Source: Gnetum montanum
Taxonomy: Eukaryota; Plantae; Gnetophyta
DNA length: 64,000 nt
NCBI GenBank assembly: GCA_015680685.1
Contig: MNCI01001410.1
Coordinates: 8,964 to 72,963, forward strand
Direction: 5' to 3'
The position numbers and the translations under genes are program-made. Of this stretch, positions 45,657 to 58,953 are shown piece by piece; the first letter of the stretch is position 1, and each line of letters starts with the position of its first letter. The notes beneath the pieces were generated by a model. It did no database searches and was not told where the DNA came from. It saw nothing but the letters and a program-made list of their open reading frames with translations.

Positions 45657-48600
45657 GATTGGAATATGGACACATGGATGAAGTTTAGCCTACCTTTAAG
45701 TCTCAATGAATCCTATGATAATGTTGAATAGTCAATCGATCTTGAGTGCCTAGATTTTAAGTATGAGAGCCTACGTAATCATATAGCCTTAATAGAAAAG
45801 TCCCTCAGGTGGCTTGAACACATAGTCAAAATCCTTAACCTTGAGGTTGGTAACATTACTAAGGTCTCTCTAGCTATAGTTCCCAAGATGACACACAATG
45901 GTAAGGAGAAAGTGTTAAAACAAAATTCCTCACTCAAATCAGGATAAGCTTAAGACATCACCAAGGCCCTTCTAGATAACATTAAAGTGTTTTCTTAATC
46001 ATAAGAGAATATGCTAGGTCTCAAATCCATGACTAGTGCAACATAGCATCATACTTGATCCCAGTGTCAAGCAAAAGGTTCACAAAATTAGACCAGACTT
46101 ATTCCTAGTAGTTTGTGACAAGATCATGAAGCTTTACCAAGCTAGTTTCATTTGAGCTATCAATTACATTGATTGGGTATCTAATATAGTAGTGGTTCCC
46201 AAGAAAAATGGAAGCATTCATATTTTTATTTATTTCTAAGATTTCAACAAGGAAAATATTAAAGATGATTTCCCATTTCCTAGCATTATTTAACTTATCA
46301 ATACCATGGTTATACATGTCTGATTGTCTTTCATAGATGGGTTCTTGGAATATAACCAAGTTAGGATCAAGCTAGACATCAACTATACCCAACCTTCATG
46401 ACCATTTTGAGAATCTTTTGTTATAGCATGATGTCATTCAATTTAAAGAACACAAGTGCAATCTATCAACAAGCCATGATCCATATATTTAGTGACTACA
46501 TGCTAGGGTTGCTTGATGATTATGTTGATGACATAGCAGTCAAGTTCAAAATAGTCAATGATCATGCATATGACCTCACTTTTGGTACTTCAGCAATGCC
46601 TAAAGTATGAACTTAGACTTAATCCTAAAAAGTGTGTATTTAACATTAAAATTGGTAAGATGATTGGTTTTGTAGTATTTGAGGTCGGGATATGTGTTGA
46701 TACTGATAAGGTTAAATCCATAAGCAATTTGGCAGCACCCACTAATCTTAAGAAGCTATGGGAACTACAAGGTAGATTGTAATGCATTCATAGATTCATT
46801 TCAAGGCTTACAAATAAGTTGTAGCCCATGCAATACCTTCTTAAGAAGGGGATTCACTACGAGTAAACTAACCAATGCTAAAAAGCCTTTGATAACATTA
46901 AGTAAGAATTATTCCAACTACCCATTATAAACCATTTTACATATACCTTGCAATATTCAACATGTCCATAGCCTATTTGCACTATCAAAAATAGAATGAT
47001 GGAGTAGAGCTACCCATATACTGCTTGAGCCATGCATTGATAGCTTACGAGACTTGATACATAGAGGTTGAGAAGTATTGTCTAGCCATAGTCTTCTCCT
47101 TTAAGAAGTGAAGATTCTACCTTTTAGGAGCCAAGTCAACATCCTATGTAAGGATAATTGATGAGCCGCAATATCGCGTCCGCCCCGCGATATCGCGTCC
47201 CATCTTATTATCTATAAATAAGAGGCAACTTCCCTTGTTTTAGGCAATTAGACTTAGACCCTTAGCTAAACTCTTGTAGTTTTACCATTCCAGAGTTAGA
47301 ATAATTTCCATGTACCTACAGTAGGATTCTTAAAGTGAACAGATCTTTATTCGAGCAAATTGTACCTGAGCACACATTTGTGTACGGCAATAAAGACGAA
47401 CTTTATGATAAACCTTGCAGCATATGTACTAAGCTAAATAGTAATTAATTTTTGTTGAATGTCTAAATGCTTTCTTAGTTAATTAATCTCTCTTTCAACC
47501 CTTGACTCTCCTAGTTAAGTACACTCAGTATGACTACTTCGAGCATGTGTGTAGTGCTTGGTAACCCAGTAACGATTAGCGTTTGGTAATCCCAACAGCA
47601 TTGCATTGGTTCAAGATGTGTGCGGCGAGTGGGAATGGATACTAGTGTTAGGAATAATTAGAACTTAGTTAGTGAATATTTAATGTAAGTTAGTCACTTA
47701 GTTCTCTTCACCTTCCCCTATTAGCATAAGACATTAAAAAGATAAAAGTTATAAAAATCATATACCTCAAGCTTACTTAACCATACAACCATGAAAATAC
47801 AAGTTTGGGAAGATAGTGTAGGGTTACCTCGCTGCTCATCAATAATGTACTAAGAGCCATAACAACCAATATATACAAGACTAGCCAAATAACCTAGTGA
47901 AAGACCATAACAACTTAGTTTTAGCTACATTACATCTCCCAAGCCTCAATGAAAGGTCAAATATAGCAACATAACTTAGGACTTTCCTAGTTAAGAAAAA
48001 CATAGCCATCAATCCCAAATTCCTTAATGAGCATGTCAACATTGTCAACAAGGTATCCAAAGGTTATGAGGCCATTATGCACTTTGATTAGGCTTCAAAT
48101 GCCCATGAGGCCAATAATGCCGCTATTATAACATCACCCTCTAGTGTGATCCAATCTCTCACTTATGGTTTTCAATTCCTATGTACCAACAATGTGGAAA
48201 AATATGAAGTGTTGATCAGAGGAATGATGGTAGCATGTAAGCAATGAATCAAATGCTTAATGATAAAAAATTATCTATAACTTATAGTTAACTAAGTAAT
48301 TGAGGTTTATGCATGCAAAGCAAAACATTTATAAACTTATTGTGACCTAGCCAAGAAACTCATGCAACAATTTATAAATGTTGACATTCAACATATACTT
48401 CAAATTGAGAACACCTTAGTTGATGTCATTGCAACCTTAGTCCTAAGTGTGATACTAGATATGTTTACCAAGTTACCTTCCTTGATAGAGAATTGTACTC
48501 TTTCCATCATGCAGAATACTAAAAGTATCTCTATAACTACTATTGATAATGTTCCTCCATAGGAATGCTATGATAATATCAAGTTCTACCTAATGCATAG

Positions 48601-49801
48601 TGAATCTCCACTAAACAAAACTACTTCTCAAAAGAACACTATATGTAAAAGATCAAAATAATATTTCATTATTGCTGATAACACATTATGTTAAAGGTCT
48701 TATGATGACATATTTTTGGTGTTCTTGGGCAAAATCGAAGCTTTCATAGTCCTTAAGTAGGTCCACAAAGATGTATGTGAAGGACATAAAGGACCCACAA
48801 CCATTGCTACAAAGATTAGAGAATTAGAATACTATTGGCCCTATCTAGAAAGTGCCTAGTTGTAGAAGGTTAAAAATTGTGATGCCTGTTAATAACATGG
48901 CAACTTAATACATGTGCCACCAATTGAAATACGTACTACTTAGATCACATGACTATTTCAATGATGGGGAATAGACATTATTGGACTTATAAATTCTAAG
49001 CCTTCTATAGGGCATAGATTCATCATCATCACAATTGAATATTTTACAAAGTGAGTTGAAGCTATTCCTCTAAGGAAAACAAGCTTCAACAAGTTTGTAA
49101 ATTCATACTAAACAACATAGTGTTCTATTTTGGCATACCCTTAACTATAGTTACAGACAATAGACCATAGTTCAATAGCCAAGAAATCCAAGGCTTTTGT
49201 AAATAATTAAGCATCAATAATTTCATTTCATCACCATATTATCCTTAAGCTAATGGGAAAGTTGAAGCAAGCAATAAGATGATCATAAACCTTCTTAAAA
49301 ATATGTCAAATAATAGCAGAAGTAAGTGGCATAAGCAACTTGTGCATGCACTTTGGACCTATAGAATAACCTTTCAAATCATAATTAGTGTAACCTTGTA
49401 TATCCTTGTTTATGAATTAGAATCTATTTTACCTCTTAAGTTGTAAGTGCCATCCTTTAGGGTAACTCTATCTAACTTGAGCAATGATGAATAAGATAAG
49501 GATATTTTTATCATTAACCTCAATTTGATGAAGTAGTAAATACCAATGCTTGCTCACATCGAACAATATCAAGAGAAACAAAAATAATACATCATCATGA
49601 TTCAAATAGACAAAAATTTAGGAAAGAAGATCTAATCCTTAAGGCCATTAATGAAAATACAGAAAAATTCTTGGCCAATAGGAAGGACCTTTCTTTATCA
49701 TCAAAGCTTATGGAAACATAGCATTAAGATTGGTGGACATAGATGGGAATGAATTGGCCAACCTAGTCAGTAATTCCTACCTCAAACCTTATTATATCTA
49801 A
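45657..49801 (+). pseudogene. pol: Element A pol (RT-RH-aRH-INT), degenerate, interrupted by a solo LTR
   Basis: YQQAMIHIFSDYMLGLLDDYVDDI and CLKYELRLNPKKCVF are recognisable. aRH and INT segments are collinear with C to the terminal LKPYYI*. Confidence 0.88.
47159..47841 (+). mobile_element. Solo LTR of the B-related family
   Basis: TGATGAGC...GCTCATCA termini, perfect TSD ATAAT, no PBS or PPT. Excision restores A RNase H (aaggataat|gtactaagagcc versus C aaagataatgtgctcagagcc). Confidence 0.95.
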
Positions 49802-50938
49802 TGCTTAAATGTTTTCCTATAGCCCTTTTTTATCTTTGTTTGAACAAATTATTGACACTGATAACCTTTGTAACCTATGGTAAGTATCCAGTGCGACCTC
49901 TCATCCCTTTATTTTTGGCATAACAAAGGAACTATTAACTTTGTATAAATTTGTGAAGTAAAATACATATTTCTCATGTTATACAAATTATAACCTTTGG
50001 TGGCCTATATTTTGCTTATTTCTTAATATGACCTTAAGCAAACTATTGTGAGCACATGTATTCTTTAACTTGTTTTCATGTTCTCTTGAAGTTATGCTTG
50101 TAGGAAGAAGCCTAAATTCATCACAAGGATGCAACTCATCATAGTAGTGAGTTGCCACATGACCTCAATATGTGAGATTTGGTTAACTTGTTCCATTGTG
50201 CCAAGAGTGCTTATCTCACATCAATTCTATTACTCATTTAGAGTCATAATCCTATAGTTGAGTTACAACCTTCCCTACACTAATAACAACAAAGACCTAT
50301 GTTTTTTGAATGCACCATGGTCATCTAACATCTCCTTTGATATTCTTTGACATCAAGTTTGTTGAATGCAATGCATCTCTTTCAATGAGAAAATAAAAAC
50401 AAAATTTGGCCTTGGAAATGAAACCCAATGAAGGTTTCACCCCTCAAAAAAATCATGAATAAAAAGAAAATGAGAAAAAAAAATTGTAAAGAAAGCCAAG
50501 AGGCCAATGAAGCCTAAATTCAAATCAATAGCTTCAAAAAAAAAGGAAGGAGCCTAATGGCCAAAGAAACCCAAGAGTGGAGTACTACTTCCTCTAATAC
50601 ATTATCAAGTAACTAATAGTCTAAGAACAATGCATGAAGACAATCGCAATCAATAAGCATGTCACTACCATACCATAATTATGATGTCAAAATTTGAAAT
50701 TCTTTGTTAATCCATGTAACCATATTTCCAATAACCAATATAGCCTTTATTTCCTCTTAAACCAATAACACTCCAACGTGACCTTATTTCACCATTGTGA
50801 GCACTCCTTGGCATGGTTTAACAAGTATAGAATCAAGAATGAAGAGGGAGTGTTGGTGATGAAAATTATAGAAGTTTTTTGCATTCTTTATTGATGTCTC
50901 TTAGGTCAATCCTCAAAACATGACCAAAGAGGAGCTAA

Positions 50939-52102
50939 TGAAACACCCCAAGGAAAATTTATGTTACAACCCATAACCAAAATTCTTTATAATTTAGTGG
51001 GAAAATAAAGATAGATATAACTGCCTTATTTTTCCTAAAAAATAGTGCATTATGGCCTTGTACTAATGAAATTTAAGGCATTTTAATATAAAAATTGATA
51101 TTTATAGCTCACATGATGTAAATTTCATGCATCCTAGCATGTGGAGGCCAAAAAAAAAATTCTTTACAAGCTACAAATGCCTTATATTCTAGTTTGTGCA
51201 AGTTGTAGGTCCCAATTATTCTAGCTTGTGGGGATTTAAAAATGCATCAAGTATTGCAAAATTTGATATTTTAGTTTCACACGCTAAGCATTGCAATTCT
51301 ATACACTGGAAAACCTGTCAACATAATGTGTGAGATTTGGGCTTTAATACCTCATGCTAAACATTGTAGTTCCACATGCTAGGCAGCATGTGGGGATGAA
51401 ATTTTAGCTATAATTACTCACATGCTACCAAAAGATGCTCTAAACATGATAGAATTTGCTAGGAATCTATTAACAATAATGCTAGAATTAACAACAATGA
51501 ATCAAGGTCTCCATAGTCTATTTGAACTAGAATTTGTCTCATTGAAAGGACTTTTGGCATATTTTCATCATAGTTGGACTTGAAACTTTCAAAGTAGTGT
51601 AGATACCCAAGAGTCAACAACCATTTTTCCTTGAGTATAGATCAAAGTAGTGGAGAAAACCTGTAGTGAGAAAAGTTCAAGTAGCATATTGTATAGGATA
51701 CTCAAGGATAGATTCGACTATAGAACACATCCTTCCAGTTGTATTGAATTATAAGCATTTTTCTTTGGAGCTCTTGGGCTTTAGAATTTTAAAAATTTCA
51801 TTTTCTAAACTTTGGTTCTACAAATTTTTTCCATTATTTTAATACAAGTTTGCAATTTCTTCTGTTTGCAACATCTATTTTTCTACTTCCATTACTCTTA
51901 GATATAGCATTGTAGTTATCATCACAATAAATTTTCAATCTTTAATTTAAATTTCAATAATAGATCTCTAGGTTCCTGGGTGATTAACAAGCTTGTCCAA
52001 GGCACTGCAGATCCTTTTTTGCAAGGTTCATGGACCTAAAGTTAAAACTATTCTATGCTAAAATTTCCTAGATCTCTAGCACCAAATTTTTTAGGTGCTA
52101 CA
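50939..52102 (+). repeat. Element A 3' LTR
   Basis: TGAAACAC...GCTACA, lying after the PPT and followed by TSD AGCCT. Confidence 0.9.
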
Positions 52103-52114
52103 AGCCTTTGCTTA

Positions 52115-52889
52115 AGAGGACTCTAGTGATTGTAGAGTTAGTTGGCATCTTGTGCTTCATGGAAATTGTAGTTCCAAACTATCCTATCCCTAATGTGATA
52201 ATTAATGAAAACATGAAAGTATGATTTCATCGTAGAGTAGTTGAGTTTTTGTTCTATCTACTTTCGAATTTATTATGATCCTTTGTTTACATCTGAGTGT
52301 ATCCATAATGGACATGATATTGGAAATCATTCATGTCTAAGCTTTGAGCAATGTTTTAGAATACATGCAAGGTGAAGATTCCGGTTAAATTGAGCTAGCA
52401 TACTAAATAATATCATAATGGTCTATGGTTCAAAATTTCTCTAAGATTTGGCACCAATGAGGTATCAACATAGTGGTAAGACACTTGATTTGGAAGCTCC
52501 AGGTCATGGGTTTGATTCCAAAACATACCTATAGGTGTTTGAATGCAAATAATACTATTTTGCTCACTTGAAAAACTTTGAATTTGTTTTGCAATCCACT
52601 TGCAAATGGTTAATTGATTAACATGTAAGTATATAATTTACCTTTTCTTAACTTATGATTATTCATTTTTTACATTGCTCCTAAGATTATGTGGTTTAAT
52701 ACTATGCATGCTTTACAATTATAATATTAACAAAGAACAAGCTTTCATAGTGAATGATACTTTGGTTCTCACATAGATGATGTTGAATGCGATTTCACAA
52801 GGTGACCAAATCAAAATTCAAATAGTAATTCAAATTATATTTGAAATAGAGAACTATAATAGATGATATTACCAAGTGTATCAATGATG
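52115..52889 (+). repeat. Near-identical duplicate of 54579-55353
   Basis: Only a handful of substitutions over 775 bp; the second copy starts at an N gap. Confidence 0.95.
52461..52520 (+). other. Decayed tRNA-like segment (possible SINE head)
   Basis: tagtggtaag (A-box-like) and gggtttgattcc (B-box-like, GGTTCGATTCC with C>T) at tRNA-like spacing. Confidence 0.35.
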
Positions 52890-54569
52890 GATGGCAGCGA
52901 CTCCAGCAGCAGCAGCAGCGACCCTAGCAGCGGCAGCAGCGACTACGGCCCCAGCAGTAGTGACTACGGCCGCGACCCACACGACAGCGACTACAGCAGC
53001 AGCAGCAGCAGCGACTCCAGCAACCGTAGCAGCGACTCCAGCAGCAGCAGCGGTGACTACGGTCGCAACCCACACAACAGCGACTACAACGACTACGACG
53101 GTAGCAACCTTCGGGACCACGCCCCTCGCAACGGCGACCCCGGAGGCGGCTGACACCGTGACCCCCACGGCTACGGCCGTCGAGCTTCCTGGGACGGCTG
53201 ACATCGCGGCCGCGACAACCAGGGCAGCCGCAACTCCTGGCGTGGCCATCGAGGCTCATTCCTATTCCAACAACACCCTGCGCCTTCGCATCCGTAACCC
53301 CCCTACGGATGGCGTGCGTACCATGGAACGGAGCCTCATCGGTCGTTTCATCTCCTGGGGGAGCTGCCCCAGGCTGGACCTAATTCGATGCTGGGTCAAG
53401 GAGCAATGGAAGTTGGAGGATGTTACCGTCCGGAGCCTCTTGGAGGACCTGCTCCTCTTCGTCCTCCCCTCCTTGCAGGCCTGCGACTCCGTTCTTCTTG
53501 GTGGGCCTCGGTTCTATGGGGCCCGGGGTCTCGCATTGACCCCCTAGCGCCCTGGTGCCTACAGAGACCCCGATCTGTTTACCCGCGCCCTAGTCTGGAT
53601 CCGGGTGGCCGGTATTCCGTTGGAGTTATGGAGCCTTGAGTTCCTGCAGGAGGTGGTGGGACATTTCAGCGAGTTCATCGCTTTCGACAGGGTCACGCGG
53701 TCGCTGGACCGGTTGGGTTTTGCCTGTTTTTGTGTCTGGCGAAACCTGTCCATGACCGACCTCGTCCGGGAGGTCGTCTTGGAACTCCCAAGAGGGGAGG
53801 AATCCCTCCAAATTACCTATGAAAACATAGACGTTTGGGACCAGTCACTGCATAGCACGGCCCCCCACATGGACCAGCCGAGCGGGTGCGGATGCTGTGG
53901 TAAGCCGGGCCATCGTGAGGCAGACTGTCGTTTTCGCAAGCCCCGCTCGACTAACCCTGCCCGCCAGCTTTTCGAGGAGGGCAACTAGGTCATCATGGGC
54001 CGTAAGGGATGACTGCATCCCCCACCCAATCNNNNNNNNNNNNNNNNNNNNNNNNNNNNNNNNNNNNNNNNNNNNNNNNNNNNNNNNNNNNNGGTCCCCC
54101 GTCAAGACACCCCATCGCTCCCAATCACCAGCCCCCACCCACCAACCACAACCACCCGAACCGGAACCACTGCTCCCCCCACTGGGGGAGTGGGTCAACG
54201 TTGTTCGGAGGAATACCCGGACTAGACAGCGCAAAGCACCGTAATCCCCAGCTGAAACTGGCTGCACCCCGGTGGTCCGTGAGGGGGAGGGGCGCCCAGG
54301 CCGCCCGACCGAGTCCCGGTCCAGAAGTCGACAAGCCCAGCGACAGATCGACTTGGGTCAACAGCAGACCTTATGGGAGGTCTACCAGCGCCACACCTCT
54401 GGTTGCACATGAAGATTTTCGGTTGGAATTTTCGGGGGCAGGGTACCCCCTATAAATGAAATACCCTACGTCGTATTGTCAGAGAGGAGAATTGTGACGT
54501 GGTCTACCTCCAGGAAACCAAGTTGTAGGCTGCGGAATCCGGTCACCTCCAGTGGACGGACTGGACCAC
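52890..54569 (+). mobile_element. L1-clade LINE, 5' part (ORF1 and start of ORF2), cut by an N gap
   Basis: GC-rich island. ORF1 from 52891 has DUF4283-like LIGRF..W..WKL..VLLGGP, VWIRVAGIPLELW and zinc knuckle CGCCGKPGHREADC. ORF2 from 54409 reads MKIFGWNFRG..CDVVYLQETKL (APE endonuclease start). Confidence 0.9.
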
Positions 54570-57500
54570 NNNNNNNNNAGAGGACTCTAGTGATTGTAGA
54601 GTTAGTTGGCATCTTGTGCTTCATGGAAATTGTAGTTCCAAACTATCCTATCCCTAATGTGATAATTAATGAAAACATGAAAGTATGATTTCATCGTAGA
54701 GTAGTTGAGTTTTTGTTCTATCTACTTTCGAATTTATTATGATCCTTTGTTTACATCTGAGTGTATCCATAATGGACATGATATTGGAAATCATTCATGT
54801 CTAAGCTTTGAGCAATGTTTTAGAATACATGCAAGGTGAAGATTCCGATTAAATTGAGCTAGCATACTAAAGAATATCATAATGGTCTATGGTTCAAAAT
54901 TTCTCTAAGATCTGGCACCAATGAGGTATCAACATAGTGGTAAGACACTTGATTTGGAAGCTCCAGGTCATGGGTTTGATTCCAAAACATACCTATAGGT
55001 GTTTTAATGCAAATAATACTATTTTTCTCACTTGAAAAACTTTGAATTTGTTTTGCAATCCACTTGCAAATGGTTAATTGATTAACATGTAAGTATATAA
55101 TTTACCTTTTCTTAACTTATGATTATTCATTTTTTACATTGCTCCTAAGATTATGTGGTTTAATACTATGCATGCTTTACAATTATAATATTAACAAAGA
55201 ACAAGCTTTCATAGTGAATGATACTTTGGTTCTCACATAGATGATGTTGAATGCGATTTCACAAGGTGACCAAATCAAAATTCAAATAGTAATTCAAATT
55301 ATATTTGAAATAGAGAACTATAATAGATGATATTACCAAGTGTATCAATGATGCATTGACAAAGGTTTTGTCCATGAATTTTAGAAATATCTAGATTTTG
55401 ACATAGAAATATGATTCCTAGTAAAGGCATCATAGTTAAAAAAGAAATATAGCAACTATTTTATAATTTGGTTATCTATTTTTTATTAACATACTTTCAT
55501 CGCTAATCAGTTATGATTTTGTAGAGTTTGTTATTAAAACTACTATAATAGTTATTACATCAAGTAGTACTAAGGAGAAACTTTAGGTCAAGGGTCTTGG
55601 AGTTAACATGGCCTAGGAGTTATTAACCAATCTGTCTCCTATAGAAGTAAGGGAGAAAATGGTTAAAACTAGGCTATTTAATTTATTCATGCTACGACAT
55701 CCTTCTACTTCATTGTTAGAGATGATCAACTAGGTAGCTTCTTTCAATGATGTAGAAATATAACTTTTCATACAAGTCCATAGCTTGCTAATTATCCTAG
55801 ATATAAGAGAAGACTTGTTCTAAAAATTATTTCATATGTCCCAAGATGGTGCCAACATGGCTCATCAAGGGAGAAAGGACTTAGTTAGAAGAAGCATCCT
55901 AGAGGCTTAACTGAATTCACCTTGAGGTGGGTAATTATTAGTAAAAAGTTTTTAAGACTGAGTCATCAATGAGTTGTACTCTCTATTCCATGCTAGGTTC
56001 TTTCTTATCATACTATCTTAGGATAAAATCATAGTCTTTTAACAATTGTGGATCATGAGAAAGGTCATATCTAATGAAACATGCTTTAATTAAATTACTG
56101 CTTTGATCACATGGCTTCAAAGTAAAATTCAAAATGTTCACAAAAAAGTAATCTTAGTGAACCATGTACACATTGTGTTTTTTATCTACTAGTTAAAGAG
56201 GATTATAAAGTTCCTAATTATTAAGTATAAAAATTCAAGGGTTGAAAGGGATACCACTTAGCTCTCTAAATCATAGGTTAAAAATTTTAGAAACAATTTA
56301 AGTTCATGATCCACCTTTAAAAGATACAAGAGATAAGGGTAAGTAGTCAATAAGGGTTTTCTCCTAATAACTATAACATTGATCAAAGGGTACCTAGGGG
56401 GCATGTAGACTAAGCTAAGAGAAAGCATGAGGAAGTAGAGGAGACTAGAAGGAAGAAGGTCAAATTATCAAAAGTAGAGAAAGAAATTCCTCCTCTCAAC
56501 AAACCTAAAGAGATTTGACCCTTAATGATCAAGGTGACGAAACTTCAACAAGAGCTAGCATGTATGTTAAAGAATTTAACTATTGATATTTCTTATGTCT
56601 TGAGCTTCTTTTCCTAAGTAGAAAAATTCTCAATCTAGTAGGATGAGAGGTTGACGCTAAGTGAGATGCAAAGAAATAACCAAGTCAAAAGTAGAAGGAG
56701 AAGAAGATGAGATAAGAAATAAAGAGGTTCTTGTAGGAGGCCTCTTTGATTTTCAATAAGGAAAATACTATAGCATGAATGAACCTTTCACCAGTAGATC
56801 TTTCACCTATGCACTTAGATATTCATGTTAAGTATTTAACCTGATATTATATGCTTAAAAGAATAAGCTAACAATACAGTTTACGGTTAAAAAATTGAGG
56901 CTTTAAGAGATCCATTCCTCTTATACTATAAAAGAAGACTTGGGTAGAAGTACTTGATAAATTGTTATTCATAAAAGGGGTGATAGAGAATCTTAGTAAT
57001 AGATTATAACAATTGGCACCTTAGGCTATTAAGTATTAGCAATGCATTTAGATTTCCAGATCACATATAAAGCCATTGTTAAGACACGAAGCCCCTCTTT
57101 TTACTTGGTTTCTTCAATTTCTAGATTTAGACAAGTAGCTATGAGTTCATGTGACTCATAGCTACCTATAGCTTAAATTCATAGGCCAAGAATTAGATCT
57201 TCAATGATTTTTAAATCCATAAAAGAAACAATGTCCATCCTATGATCACTAAAAGTTAATTTTAGAAGACAAAAGAGAGAGGAACAAGTGGAGTTACCTT
57301 CAAACAAAGATAGGGGTAGCACAGGAAGGTGAATTCAAGTTTTTCAAGGTATTATAAGGTCATGCAACCTACATCAGCTCATATTATAGAATTTCTACTA
57401 GTGATAGATCACAATGAGTCATAATTTATTTTTAAATAGAAAACTAGATTTCATTAATATGAGTCCATATGACTTGGACCTTTGTCCCAACTAATGATGA

Positions 57501-58953
57501 TTCTTTTAGTCTAATTAATCACTCAACTATTAGGATTTGAATACTCAACCATTGGAAATTATTTAATTGAACTACGGATTGCGATCACTCATAGTGATTA
57601 ATTGGCTTCATGATTCTTTATCAAGCTGTGAGGTACAATCTAGCTGTAACTTGCACCTAGGTTGTAGCTATTAGCTAGATGTTATTCCAACCACTAATTG
57701 AAGCTATTTCAAAGTTGAATAAACATAGAACTATAGAGCATTTACCATAATAAGGAAGATAAAGAAGAATGAAGAATAATAACAAAATATATTTAGAATA
57801 AATTGGAATTAGTTTTGAATGATGTTGATTGTACTAGAGATTCTTAAATAATAAGATAGTTATTTCTTTCTTGCCTAAGTGTACATTAATGTTGAGTGTC
57901 TTTTACCATAATTCTAGCAACTTAACACCCACATAACATGTCGTCCTTTATTTGATTAATTCCCACACTTCTACAATGCAAGAACATATAATATTAACCA
58001 ACATTTTTAGCACTATTGCAATAGCCATGGGTGATATTTTTCAGATTTAAACTTTGTACAATTTTTATGTCTTTATTTTACTATTTTATATATGGATCCT
58101 AATTATTCTTTTAATTTTTGTATGTTAGAATTGTTAAAATTTCCAGTGACATTGATCAATTTGCAAATGTTTCTTCTTGAATTGGAAATAATGATGATTG
58201 ATGAAGCACTTGTTAATACTCAACGATTCCTACTATAGATTTTGATTTTATTATTTTTCTTCTTTACTTATCATTTTATTATATTTTTATGGTTTGGATT
58301 CATGAGAAACGTAAAATATTTCTACATGATACAATTCCTTTTGCATACATATCAAAGAAAAGAATAAAAAAGGTTCTAATGTCATCAGAAGAGTTATATT
58401 CATCACAAAATTCTAGATGTCAAGAAGGGTGAAGTTTATTTTGGTAAGAAGGAACATCAATTTCACTATTAGATCCAAAAACTCTTGTAAGTATAGGCAC
58501 TAGGATCAATGTAGTAGATTGACTTAATATTCTAGTTACCTTGACTACTAGAGGGACATAGTTTTCAACCCTATTTTCTAATACTACCCAACTTAATCAA
58601 TTATCCATGACTATTGGTATGCCTACTAAGTTTGAATTCAATACATTAGTTTCAAATTCTATAATTCAATTTGGTTCTTCTCCATTTCTAGAATCTACCC
58701 TTCTCCTAACCACACAAATGGTTGGTCCTTCTTTCAATCAATATGTTCCTTCACAAGTTAATGCTATGTATCATGTCAATACTCCCAATAATCCCTCTAA
58801 TATTTTTCATAAGTAGCAATTGCATCATCAACATCTACAATCCTCTCAGTAAACCTTATTGAATGATTTGACACAAGATGTCCAAAATACATGGCCATCA
58901 TTTCCTAATCAACCAATCTCTCACTATATTCCTATTCAAACACAAGTGTTTAT

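Larger units (their letters stand above)
6529..52102 (+). mobile_element. Element A: old full-length Ty3/gypsy Tat-clade LTR retrotransposon carrying nested B, C and a solo LTR
   Basis: Diverged direct LTRs at 6529-7705 and 50939-52102. Perfect 5-bp TSD AGCCT (6524-6528 / 52103-52107). Decayed PBS and a PPT are present. gag, PR and pol remnants are collinear with element C. Confidence 0.9.
52108..57400 (+). pseudogene. Element F accessory gene remnant (antisense to F pol)
   Basis: Joining across A's TSD gives HKPLLKRTLVIVELVGILCF..ENMKV*FHRRVVEFLFYLL. At 55971-56130 ELYSLFHARFFLIILS*DKIIVF*QLWIMRKVISNETCFN*ITALITWL aligns with E and C. Interrupted by the LINE and the duplication; right end approximate. 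Confidence 0.68.

Noticed and set aside
52461-52530. Functional tRNA gene
   Set aside because: No complete acceptor or anticodon stems can be folded; at most a decayed tRNA-derived repeat.
52863-53259. Ser/Asp-rich (52863-53153) and Cys/Arg- or Ala/Val-rich overlapping ORFs as real proteins
   Set aside because: These are alternative frames of the GCA-type repeat at the LINE 5' end; only the frame leading into the DUF4283-like domain is supported.
57420-58950. Further gag-like remnant (P/Q/N-rich ORF 58607-58816)
   Set aside because: Only compositional resemblance, with no diagnostic motif, LTR or PBS, so it is left unannotated.
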